DNA of 64,000 nucleotides from the UHGV virus genome UHGV-0312576. One strand, given 5' to 3'. The position numbers and the translations under genes were made by a program. Shown piece after piece: positions 27,945 to 36,340 of the stretch; positions within the stretch are counted from its first letter, which is position 1, and each line of letters opens with the position of its first letter. Below the pieces are notes generated by a model, which did no database searches, had not been told where the DNA came from, and was given only the letters and a program-made list of their open reading frames with translations. Source of the stretch: a virus.

Positions 27945-28886
27945 ATGAAATCAATGGAACAAAGTAATTTACAAGCTAAAAAGATGGTGGTAGGTATGTC
28001 TAAAGATAAAATGATTGAAAAAATGAGGAAAATTAATTCCTCTCGTAATGATAATACCGACAGCCGTAAAAACGCATTGAAAATTCTTATGGGAGGTATT
28101 CCTATAGGCGACAAAGTGTTTGTCATTGTTCCGGTGGAAGATTTACATATTGATAAAGCATATCAGCGCCCAGTACAGAGTCATGTTAAAACTCTTGCAC
28201 AGGAGTGGGATGATATGAAGTGTGACCCGCTTAAAATTAATTATAGAAGCGATGGGAATTTATATGTATGGGATGGACAGCACAGACTTGTTGCTTTGAA
28301 AATGATGTGTATTGATTACGTGTTATGTGTTATAACAGTAGGTCTTTCACAATCGGATGAAGCTGCATTATTTGGGTGCCAAGGTGATAGTTTAAAGAAA
28401 CCTGATCCATATGATATTTTTAAAGCTCATGTCTGCGCAGGTGAGGCGATTGATACTGCGATTAAAGATTTGTGTGACAAATGGGGATTAATTGTAAATA
28501 GAAATAACAAAAGGGCTGGAAATTTATCATGTCTTACGCTTACAAGAGAAATTTTTAGGCGGGGACACGGAGAACACCTTGATTGGGTATTAGAATTGTT
28601 ACATGAGGCGAACTGGAATGAATTTACCAAAGCACATTGCCATAGAATAATTAATGCTTTGTATGAAATTAAAAAATCAGATGATGACGATAATAAATTT
28701 ATACAAAGAAAACTAATAACATATCTTAGAAAAACGAACCCAGATGATTTGCTTGTAAATGCAACAATACAATATCCACAATTTCAAGATGAGAGTAAAA
28801 AAATAAAATTATTTTTGCTAGATGTGGTAAATAGAATAACATCTAAAAATGGTATTTTCGAAAATCAAGATAGATTTATTGCATAA
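27945..28886 (+). CDS. DGQHR-motif ParB/Srx-like (DndB-like) protein
   Basis: 313 aa with 'VEDLHIDKAYQRPV' and 'YVWDGQHRLVAL' motifs of the ParB-like/DGQHR family. Confidence 0.55.
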   Translation: MKSMEQSNLQAKKMVVGMSKDKMIEKMRKINSSRNDNTDSRKNALKILMGGIPIGDKVFVIVPVEDLHIDKAYQRPVQSHVKTLAQEWDDMKCDPLKINYRSDGNLYVWDGQHRLVALKMMCIDYVLCVITVGLSQSDEAALFGCQGDSLKKPDPYDIFKAHVCAGEAIDTAIKDLCDKWGLIVNRNNKRAGNLSCLTLTREIFRRGHGEHLDWVLELLHEANWNEFTKAHCHRIINALYEIKKSDDDDNKFIQRKLITYLRKTNPDDLLVNATIQYPQFQDESKKIKLFLLDVVNRITSKNGIFENQDRFIA

Positions 28887-28954
28887 GTACATATTGCTTG
28901 GTCGGTAGTGGTCAAACGCTGCCGGCTGATTTCTTAATAGATGGAGGTAGGATT

Positions 28955-29773
28955 ATGGCACAGGCGGCATTAGAAGATAATCACAAAGCAGAAATTATTA
29001 AACTCCCTGTTGAATATCAAGAGGACGTTGCACAGACGGCTCCAGAGACCCATAAAACAAAAAGAAGGACTACCATGGAGTGTCTTTACAACGAGAACGA
29101 AATAAGAGCTGTTTATAGTGTTTTTATGCGTCGAATTGAAGAAGCGGATACATTTGCCAAGGAAAGGGCTGCTAGACGCAACTTGACCATGTTTGCTTGT
29201 GCAATTGAGATCGGTTTACGTGGTGGAGATTTTTGTTCTCTAAAGTGGAGTGACATTGTTAATTCTGACTGGACATTTAATTTGGGAGCAGAATTCGTTC
29301 CACAGAAAACAAGCAAATTTGGAAAGCATATTGACCTAACTTGGGGATTGGGGTTTGAACAGGCGATGAGTGCGTGGCTGGCTTGGAAGAATACCTACAT
29401 CAGACAACAGAATATGGATGACTATATTTTTACAGCTCAAAAACCGCACAAGGATAGGAGGACTGGTGAGATGAGGATGCATATTGACCCTAAAGCTTGG
29501 TATAAAATTGTTGAAGCAGCAAGAAAAGAAGCTGGGATTAAACAGAAAATTGGAACTCATGGACTTAGAAAAACAATGGCTAATCAGTATATCAAACTCT
29601 CAGAGGATAAGTCTGAGGCGCTTCTTGATGTGTCGGAACAGTTTGGACATTCTGATGTCCGGATAACACGTAAGTATGCCTGTATCCAGCGAGAGAAAAT
29701 TAGACAGACAAAGCAAAGAATGGTCTGTTTAACAGAAGGATTGTATGATAAAATGGAGGAAGGTCATAAGTGA
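28955..29773 (+). CDS. tyrosine recombinase catalytic-domain protein lacking an N-terminal core-binding domain
   Basis: Catalytic R..HxxR..H..Y set: 'LRGGDFCSLKW', 'HGLRKT', 'GHSDVRITRKYA'. GGAGG RBS at the ATG at 28955, an internal Met of ORF-track entry 28898-29773. Confidence 0.65.
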   Translation: MAQAALEDNHKAEIIKLPVEYQEDVAQTAPETHKTKRRTTMECLYNENEIRAVYSVFMRRIEEADTFAKERAARRNLTMFACAIEIGLRGGDFCSLKWSDIVNSDWTFNLGAEFVPQKTSKFGKHIDLTWGLGFEQAMSAWLAWKNTYIRQQNMDDYIFTAQKPHKDRRTGEMRMHIDPKAWYKIVEAARKEAGIKQKIGTHGLRKTMANQYIKLSEDKSEALLDVSEQFGHSDVRITRKYACIQREKIRQTKQRMVCLTEGLYDKMEEGHK

Positions 29774-29802
29774 CTATAAGATTCGAGAGGAAAAATTAAA
29801 TT

Positions 29803-29970
29803 ATGGAGAAATATATGAATAAGCCAGTTGAGTATAACTGGACCGAAGAAGATATAATTTCAGAATATAAGGCACTTGAAGATAAGAAGAAGGTAGCGAA
29901 AATATACTGCATAACGACAAAACAGGTTAATGAGATTCTGAAATCAAGAGGGATGTGTGATTTACAGTGA
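29803..29970 (+). CDS. small hypothetical protein (55 aa)
   Basis: GAGAGG RBS. ATG at 29803, TGA at 29968. The overlapping minus-strand ORF 29796-30179 is judged spurious. Confidence 0.4.
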   Translation: MEKYMNKPVEYNWTEEDIISEYKALEDKKKVAKIYCITTKQVNEILKSRGMCDLQ

Positions 29971-30269
29971 TGAAAGGTAACAAGAGCTGGAAAGTTATGG
30001 AGAAAGTTAAAATTGACGATTGTGGATATGGGAATTGTTGTCCGGAATGTGGAAGTGTAAAAATCACAAGGCACGAGCAAAGGAATTTGGAAGTGAATAT
30101 CAATGTGGTTACAAAAAAACCTTATATAATTCACAATGGAAAGATGAAATATATGTCCAATCGAGATAAAGCAATTCACTTCGATAATGCTGATATGTCT
30201 GGTGGAGGCGGTTGCTGGAGTTACGAGTGTCGTAAGTGTGGATGGGTGAGCGATACATTTACTGAGTAA
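29970..30269 (+). CDS. zinc-ribbon protein (two CxxC pairs)
   Basis: ORF track. ATGA overlap with the upstream gene. 'CPECGS...CRKCG'. Confidence 0.5.
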   Translation: MKGNKSWKVMEKVKIDDCGYGNCCPECGSVKITRHEQRNLEVNINVVTKKPYIIHNGKMKYMSNRDKAIHFDNADMSGGGGCWSYECRKCGWVSDTFTE

Positions 30270-30287
30270 ACTAAATCAGAAGAAAGA

Positions 30288-30542
30288 TTGATTTCAAGTG
30301 AGGATATAATTATGAAGTGGAAATGGAAATATTTTATTGTTCTTTGCACTGATGACTGTTATGGTGATTTTGTAGAAAGTGCTGAGGAGGGAGAAGGATT
30401 ACTCGTATGTAACGATGTTGCAGTTGCAATATCATTTTCATCAACAGATGAATTGATAAAGTGGGTAAACGAAAATACAAGTTTAAAAGTAGAAAATGGT
30501 GATTATAAAATTGAGGGACAATATCTACCTTGTGAGTTGTAA
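30288..30542 (+). CDS. hypothetical protein (84 aa)
   Basis: ORF track. Confidence 0.45.
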   Translation: MISSEDIIMKWKWKYFIVLCTDDCYGDFVESAEEGEGLLVCNDVAVAISFSSTDELIKWVNENTSLKVENGDYKIEGQYLPCEL

Positions 30543-30567
30543 TTAATGAAAACTTGGTTGTGTTTGA

Positions 30568-30792
30568 ATGGATATATATATGGAAGTTAAGGTAAGGGAT
30601 TTTATAGAAAAATGGACAGGGGATTATATAGTAGAAAATGAGAATGGTGCAGTCTATGGAACAGGAGGCCCTGATGGTAATTCACTCACAGAAGATATAT
30701 TAAATAAAGATATTGTTGATATTAGACTGGAAAGATCAATGTGGACTACAAAGAGTGGCGATATCATCTTGATTATTAAAGATAATCAGTAG
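30568..30792 (+). CDS. hypothetical protein (74 aa)
   Basis: ORF track. Confidence 0.45.
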   Translation: MDIYMEVKVRDFIEKWTGDYIVENENGAVYGTGGPDGNSLTEDILNKDIVDIRLERSMWTTKSGDIILIIKDNQ

Positions 30793-30827
30793 AAAACTTG
30801 ATTTTAACATGAACTATGGAGAAATAT

Positions 30828-31047
30828 ATGATTGACATAAACCCTGATTTACCATTACCAGACAATTTGAAGGTAAAATACGAGGAGTGTTTGGCTAAAA
30901 TAATTTAAATGTAGAAATTGCGGGTTGAATTTTGTTGCTTATAGTCAATCTGATCAATGTCCTGTTTGTAATAGTGATAATGTAATGGAAAAGAAAGCTA
31001 TAAATGATATGGTAAATATTAGATACAATTCAGAACAGAAAAAATAA
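30828..31047 (+). pseudogene. small zinc-ribbon gene interrupted by a +1 frame change
   Basis: A 26-codon ORF (30828-30908) ends at TAA. In the +1 frame, a CxxC...CxxC zinc-ribbon reading (30904-31047) has no start codon of its own. Confidence 0.3.
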
Positions 31048-31171
31048 CTAGTTGAGGAGGAATGAGGGTGTTTGAAATTATGAAAATGGGAGTCCACATA
31101 CATGTCCTGTAGGTGTTTTCTACCTTGATAGATGCCTACAGGGTGTGAATAATATCAAGGAGGACTCCATT

Positions 31172-31417
31172 ATGGGAAACGCGCAGAGAGGAAGAGAATA
31201 TCGGAGGTATGTAAGGAATAAGACAATATTAAGAAAAAAGTGTATCAGTCATTTAATATACGGGTTTGATTGGTATAATCATGATGGAAAGTATGCAAAG
31301 GGCAAGATTCATTGCGGCTGTGGTCTGTGTAAATATGGCAGGAAGTATGGCTTGCCTACGATTAAAGATATGAGGGAAGAATCAAGAATAAAGTCATTGT
31401 TATATGGGGCCGATTGA
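31172..31417 (+). CDS. Cys-rich hypothetical protein (81 aa)
   Basis: AAGGAGGA RBS at the internal Met. 'CGCGLCKYG'. Confidence 0.45.
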   Translation: MGNAQRGREYRRYVRNKTILRKKCISHLIYGFDWYNHDGKYAKGKIHCGCGLCKYGRKYGLPTIKDMREESRIKSLLYGAD

Positions 31418-31475
31418 TGCATAATTCCGGAATACATGGCAAATATAATTATATTATCTTTTTTAGGGAGAGTTT

Positions 31476-31736
31476 ATGAGGCCTATTTTAAAATCATATA
31501 GATTAACACATGATAATAAGGAATTATATGCTTATGTAGAAAAGCTGAAGGCACAAGGATGGCAATATAATATATCTGAGGGCGGTTGTATTTCACCAGA
31601 TAGGTCAACAATTTTTGTGGATTTTCGTGATCCGTATTATGGACAATTGATGTGTCGTTCTGGCGCGAAGCAGAATGAATATGAAAATATTGTAAATATG
31701 TTTATGGAATCAGGAGATTTTGTTGAGATAAAATAA
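31476..31736 (+). CDS. hypothetical protein (86 aa)
   Basis: ORF track. RBS GGGAGAG. Confidence 0.45.
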   Translation: MRPILKSYRLTHDNKELYAYVEKLKAQGWQYNISEGGCISPDRSTIFVDFRDPYYGQLMCRSGAKQNEYENIVNMFMESGDFVEIK

Positions 31737-31788
31737 TTATGCGAGCATAAGAAATAACTATTTGATGTGATAATTAAAATTGGTAATA

Positions 31789-31818
31789 AAAGGACTGAAA
31801 TTCGTCAGTCCTTTTTTG
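31789..31818. terminator. bidirectional terminator (AGGACTGA/TCAGTCCT, 8 bp)
   Basis: Perfect hairpin flanked by an A-run and a T-run. It overlaps the stop codon of the minus-strand XRE gene. Confidence 0.75.
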
Positions 31819-32056
31819 TACGATGGAAGGTTGGATCATTAGTACGACCTACTAAATAGTCAATTGAAACTTGAAAATAGTCAGCAATTTTAATTACCAT
31901 ATCAAGACTAGGCTTTCGCTGTTCATTTTCAAAATTGCTAATAGTACCACGTGTTGTACTGAGATCTTTACTTAATTGTTCCATTGTGAGATTCTTACTT
32001 ACACGTAACTCGTTAAGTCTTTTTGCAAATGATGGTGGATAAAAGAAAAAAAACAT
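31805..32056 (-). CDS. XRE-family HTH repressor (switch module 2), 83 aa from the RBS-supported start
   Basis: 'LTMEQLSKDLSTTRGTISNFE' HTH. AGAGG RBS before the ATG at 32056. The ORF-track N-terminal extension is not supported. Confidence 0.65.
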   Translation of the reverse strand: MFFFFYPPSFAKRLNELRVSKNLTMEQLSKDLSTTRGTISNFENEQRKPSLDMVIKIADYFQVSIDYLVGRTNDPTFHRTKKD

Positions 32057-32065
32057 AAAACACCT

Positions 32066-32094
32066 CTTGACTTTCGCTTGCAAATGGCATACAA
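32066..32094 (+). promoter_or_regulatory. sigma70-type promoter TTGACT-17-TACAAT
   Basis: Consensus spacing. It faces the antirepressor gene and is followed by a 300-nt leader. Confidence 0.5.
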
Positions 32095-32394
32095 TGGTTT
32101 TGTATTCTAATAGCAAGCGAGTTTGGCTTAAGAATAGCGGCTCTGCTCCGACCAAAGAATAGAAGCCACTATTCAACATACTTGGATTAAATCCAGTCAA
32201 GTACATTTTATCTTACTTTCTGGACTATTTCAAGTCATTTTTCCAAATTCCCGTACTTTGACAATTTGAATAGATTGACCACCTAAGATGGTTGATGTAA
32301 TCGACTTGTAAAATTCTTAATAGTGTGCGATCAAAAATGGAGAATAAATCTATAGAACACTATTAACATAGTCTATGGAAAGGAAGATTATAGT

Positions 32395-33324
32395 ATGAGG
32401 AGAACAAAGGAACAGGAAAAGATTGATAATATTATCTCTGATAGAAATATAAGGGATAAATGTGTAAGTCACTATGAGGTATTGGAAAGAGTAAAAGAAT
32501 TATTCCTTTTACCAGATACAGATTTAATGTCAATCAATCAGGTGGCAGAATATTATGAAGTAAGCCCTCAGTGGATTAAGGACCTGTATACACAAAATAA
32601 GAATGAGATTGACTCCGATGGTACAAAAATGATTAAAAGAAATCATTATGATGGAAGTCTTTTAAAAACTACTTCCGTTGAAAAGAAGCAAACTTCCGTT
32701 ACATACATATTTGATAATGGACAGATTGTAACTATCAATAATAGAGGATTAAAAGCGTTTAGTAGGCGAGCTGTTTTGAGAATTGGAATGTTGTTACAAC
32801 AGTCTGATGTGGCGAGAAGAGTAAGAGACGCATTGCTAGACATTGAAGAAAAAGCTTCGCCAGAAGTTAAAATCAAAGATATTGAAGAAGAGCAGAATCT
32901 TATGATGGAGGTTGGCCGGGCTGTAGCAAGTGGAGATGCTAATGCTGTTGCCATTGCTTCAACCAATCTTATTGCTTTTAAGAATCGTCATATTGAAAAG
33001 CTGGAAAATGACAATAAAAGACTTGCTGGTGAGATATTAGAATGGTCCGATAGGAACAGACTTAATGCTGGAGTAAGAAAACTTGCTTCTGTGACCGGAA
33101 TTCATTTTAGTAAGATTTGGAATGAGTTATATAAGAATCTTCAGTACAAATATAGAATTTATCTAAAGCAGCGTGGCGGAACACCTTATATACAATGGAT
33201 TGATGAAGATGAGTGGAAGAATGTACTAAAAGTATTTTGCGCAATGTGTGAAGCATATAAGCAATCTCCCACAGAGATGTTCCAACAAACAACGCCAAAA
33301 GAAAATTTACATAATGCAAGTTAG
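32395..33324 (+). CDS. phage antirepressor (ORF6N-like N-terminus, KilA-C/ORF6C-like C-terminus)
   Basis: 'MSINQVAEYYEVSPQWIKDLYTQNKNEIDSDG' is ORF6N-like. 309 aa. Confidence 0.5.
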   Translation: MRRTKEQEKIDNIISDRNIRDKCVSHYEVLERVKELFLLPDTDLMSINQVAEYYEVSPQWIKDLYTQNKNEIDSDGTKMIKRNHYDGSLLKTTSVEKKQTSVTYIFDNGQIVTINNRGLKAFSRRAVLRIGMLLQQSDVARRVRDALLDIEEKASPEVKIKDIEEEQNLMMEVGRAVASGDANAVAIASTNLIAFKNRHIEKLENDNKRLAGEILEWSDRNRLNAGVRKLASVTGIHFSKIWNELYKNLQYKYRIYLKQRGGTPYIQWIDEDEWKNVLKVFCAMCEAYKQSPTEMFQQTTPKENLHNAS

Positions 33325-33351
33325 AAATCTCCGGACAAAAGAATCGTTTAA

Positions 33352-33385
33352 TAAAAGACGATACCTAATCCGTATCGTCTTTTTC
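33352..33385. terminator. bidirectional terminator (AGACGATAC/GTATCGTCT, 9 bp)
   Basis: Perfect stem, 7-nt loop, T-run. It overlaps the stop of the minus-strand gene. Confidence 0.8.
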
Positions 33386-33739
33386 ATGACGCGACTTTGA
33401 AGCTTTTTGCAATAAGTCAATATATCTAGCAAAACGTTCCTGTTGACGTAAATCAGAAAGCTTATCACAATTTCTTGATTCTAATATAATTGGAAGTAAT
33501 TCAGATGACAGTTTTTCGATTTCTATACTGTACCTAATATTCTTATCATCAGACACGATGATTTCATTTGGTGTACAGTCTAGTTCTCGACATATTGATT
33601 CTAGTATTTCCAATTTTATACTTGTTGAATTGCCGTTATATATTGATGTGATTGTAGGGTACGTCACACCAATACGTTTTGCTAATTCATAACGACTCAT
33701 GTTTTTAGATTCTAGTTTGTCTTTTATATTTAGCTTCAT
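33365..33739 (-). CDS. XRE-family HTH regulator with a C-terminal extension (switch module 3), 124 aa
   Basis: 'MSRYELAKRIGVTYPTITSIYNG' HTH. GAGG RBS before the ATG at 33739. Confidence 0.65.
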   Translation of the reverse strand: MKLNIKDKLESKNMSRYELAKRIGVTYPTITSIYNGNSTSIKLEILESICRELDCTPNEIIVSDDKNIRYSIEIEKLSSELLPIILESRNCDKLSDLRQQERFARYIDLLQKASKSRHEKDDTD

Positions 33740-33816
33740 TATATATACCTCACTATATATAAAGTATACCACGAATAGCAAATAAATAGTATATAAAAAA
33801 TATTTACTATATATGC

Positions 33817-33845
33817 TTGACTTTATATATAGATAAGTATATAAT
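33817..33845 (+). promoter_or_regulatory. sigma70-type promoter TTGACT-17-TATAAT
   Basis: Perfect -10, near-perfect -35, 17-nt spacer. About 55 nt upstream of the MazF-like gene. Confidence 0.55.
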
Positions 33846-33901
33846 AAGAGGCATAGTATTAAGTAAGCGTAGGGCTACATAAGAGGAAGGGAGGTAAATA
33901 C

Positions 33902-34270
33902 ATGGATATTAGATTCGGTGATGTTGTTCAAGTAGATTTTGGCAAGACTACTGGGTCTGTTCAAGGCAGCGTACGACCGTGTGCAGTTATTCAGAATGAT
34001 GTTGGAAACAAATATGGCCCTACTACAATAGTTATACCTTTCACGTCAGAATTGAAAAAAGTAAATATGCCAGTACATGACATTTTACATAAATCTGAAA
34101 ATAATGGCTTAAAAAACGATTCGCTGATTTTAGGAGAACAGGTGAGAGTCATAGATAAATCCATGGTATTATATAAATTAGGTTCTCTTAGTGAAGATGA
34201 ATGTAATAAAGTTATTGGAGTATATTTGAGAAATTTGCCAAAAAGGAGATTTGCAAATGGAACAGCATAG
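33902..34270 (+). CDS. MazF/PemK-family endoribonuclease toxin-like protein
   Basis: 'GDVVQVDFG...GSVQGSVRPCAVIQND...TTIVIPFTS...LKNDSLILGEQVRVIDK' matches the PemK/MazF signature throughout. Confidence 0.7.
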   Translation: MDIRFGDVVQVDFGKTTGSVQGSVRPCAVIQNDVGNKYGPTTIVIPFTSELKKVNMPVHDILHKSENNGLKNDSLILGEQVRVIDKSMVLYKLGSLSEDECNKVIGVYLRNLPKRRFANGTA

Positions 34271-34550
34271 AAGAATGACAAAAAGAGAACTTATAAATAT
34301 GATTGAAGAAGAATATGGAGAAGATACAAAATTTGATGTTCACACAATTAATTTTGATGCCGGGCAAAAAATATCTGATATAGATAAAGTGAGTAAAAAG
34401 AGGATTTGCTTAATTGCAAATGAGTCAAAGAGCATTATTTTTTCGGGAAATCAATACTTATCGCATGTTGACATCCATAGTGTCTTTCAGCCAAATATAT
34501 ATGATATTAAGCCTATGGGGGTGATGAAAACTATAATGTTACGGGAGTGA
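34251..34550 (+). CDS. hypothetical protein (99 aa) downstream of, and overlapping, the MazF-like gene
   Basis: ORF track. 20-nt overlap. Candidate partner or antitoxin in reversed order. Confidence 0.45.
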   Translation: MQMEQHRRMTKRELINMIEEEYGEDTKFDVHTINFDAGQKISDIDKVSKKRICLIANESKSIIFSGNQYLSHVDIHSVFQPNIYDIKPMGVMKTIMLRE

Positions 34551-34847
34551 AGCATAAAGAGAACAGAACAAACGTTCTTTTTGAGGTTGACACGAACATA
34601 TGTTTGGATTATAATAGCCATATAGCAAAAATATCTTCGAGTTAGCGAAGATACAAATAAAAAGACCCGTCCTCAAACGGTGTTGGTGCACCTCGGACGA
34701 GTCTCTTATATAATTTTTTCTAAAATGGCAGAAGCCACGCTTTATTATTACATAGTAGTATTTGTATTGTCAAGTATTTTGTTTTATATCTAAGCGATTC
34801 TGCTATTGTTCCGCGACCCAAAATTAAATAGAGAATATATCTTGATA

Positions 34848-34920
34848 GGGCTATAGCCAAGAGGTTAAGGCATCGCACTTTGACTGCGAGACTCGTGCGT
34901 TCAAATCGCACTAGCCCCAT
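34848..34920 (+). tRNA. tRNA-Gln (anticodon TTG), slightly irregular acceptor stem
   Basis: Cloverleaf drawn by hand: D arm GCC...GGC, anticodon stem TCGCA/TGCGA with loop CTTTGAC, T arm GTGCG-TTCAAAT-CGCAC. One mismatch at the acceptor end. Confidence 0.55.
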
Positions 34921-34994
34921 TAACTTTTTGTACCCATTTTTAAAGAAAGGAATGATGAGACACGTATATTTTAACTAATGGTAAGGACTATATT

Positions 34995-35618
34995 ATGGAA
35001 AATCCAATGAGGTGTGGCGATTATAGGTCATCGACATCTCCCAACCATGCAAAGCAGTTTACTTTTAAGCAGGCCAGAAATTTACTTCGGATAAACAAAA
35101 AAGGGTTGTCGTGGATTCAATCGGGGCATTTTTACATGGTTGATATGGATAGTGGGGAAAAGGAGAGCCGTGTCCCTAAATACAGCAATGAGAGTATCTT
35201 TACAGACCAAAAGAGTATTGAGTTTGATAACTCTATATTGGATGAAGTAGGTTTAGAGGTTGGTGCAATTACTGGATTGGCTGCATGGGATATAACTCAG
35301 CTCAATGCATACAACGCAGCGTTAAAACAAGGACTATCATTTTACGATAGTGCACTATCCGATATTGATCATGCCAGGATGAACCGGAGGCCACCAGCTC
35401 ATGTGATGACCAAGGTGGATAGGATCAGAAATGAACTCAAGGAAAAGCGGCGAGACATTAAACAGTCGATGGTATACATAGAGGTTCTGACACGGGCATT
35501 GAAAGAGCAATGGTCAATAGGCAAGACCAAAATGGAACTCTCAAAATCCAAATATTCCTCCTACAAAGGGAGAACTAAATATTATGACATGATGGAGCAG
35601 CTTTTACGAGGTTATTAA
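34995..35618 (+). CDS. hypothetical protein (207 aa)
   Basis: ORF track. Confidence 0.5.
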   Translation: MENPMRCGDYRSSTSPNHAKQFTFKQARNLLRINKKGLSWIQSGHFYMVDMDSGEKESRVPKYSNESIFTDQKSIEFDNSILDEVGLEVGAITGLAAWDITQLNAYNAALKQGLSFYDSALSDIDHARMNRRPPAHVMTKVDRIRNELKEKRRDIKQSMVYIEVLTRALKEQWSIGKTKMELSKSKYSSYKGRTKYYDMMEQLLRGY

Positions 35619-35645
35619 TACATAAATTGAGGGAGCTTATTTCTT

Positions 35646-36320
35646 ATGGACTTAACGAAGCAACAACAGTTATTTGCTGGTTTGACGCCACAACAACAAG
35701 ATACAATTAATTTTTATCATGATAACAATATGGCGATGCTTAGAAAGATTTGTGACCCTATAATTTATCGCAAAGGTGTATCACTCATGGACTATGATGA
35801 ACTGTATGATGTCGCGTCTGATACATTGCTGGAAAGTCTCGGAACCTATGATGAATCAAAGGGGAGTCAGTTTAGTACATATTTGAAAGGCAATATCAAC
35901 CGTGCCTTCTATGATTGGACAAGAGATAATCGTAGATTTAAGCGCTGTAATTTAACAGAGGAAAGAGATGAAAACGGAAACCTTGCAAAAGACAAGAATG
36001 GAAAGCAAAAATATGTAGTTATTGCAGACATTTCTATTGATGCTCCGATTGGAGATGATAGTGAGTCAACGCTTGCTGATATGCTTCCATCAGGTTTTGA
36101 TTTAGAAGCAGAGTTGGCTGAAGAAATTGGTATTTCGTCTGGAAGTAAGATGGAAAAATACCTTGAAAAGCTGTCCAAAAAGCAGAGGCAAGTTGTTGGT
36201 TATTTATCTGAAGGATATAAACCATCAGAGATAAAAGAATTGCTACATATTTCAGAGAAAGAATATTCGGATTGCATGATGGCAATCCGAGCTTATAAAA
36301 ACATAAAAATATTGTTATAG
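35646..36320 (+). CDS. sigma-70 family RNA polymerase sigma factor (phage-encoded, ECF-like two-domain)
   Basis: Region 2-like 'FSTYLKGNINRAFYDWTRD'. Region 4 HTH 'LSEGYKPSEIKELLHISEKEYSDCMMAIRAYKN'. Confidence 0.65.
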   Translation: MDLTKQQQLFAGLTPQQQDTINFYHDNNMAMLRKICDPIIYRKGVSLMDYDELYDVASDTLLESLGTYDESKGSQFSTYLKGNINRAFYDWTRDNRRFKRCNLTEERDENGNLAKDKNGKQKYVVIADISIDAPIGDDSESTLADMLPSGFDLEAELAEEIGISSGSKMEKYLEKLSKKQRQVVGYLSEGYKPSEIKELLHISEKEYSDCMMAIRAYKNIKILL

Positions 36321-36340
36321 ATTATTGGGAGGATTTATAC

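Noticed and set aside
29796-30179. minus-strand 127-aa ORF
   Set aside because: It overlaps two + strand genes that have RBSs, one of them a zinc ribbon. The minus translation is low-complexity and has no RBS.
34720-34920. minus-strand 66-aa ORF
   Set aside because: It overlaps the tRNA-Gln cloverleaf on the + strand.
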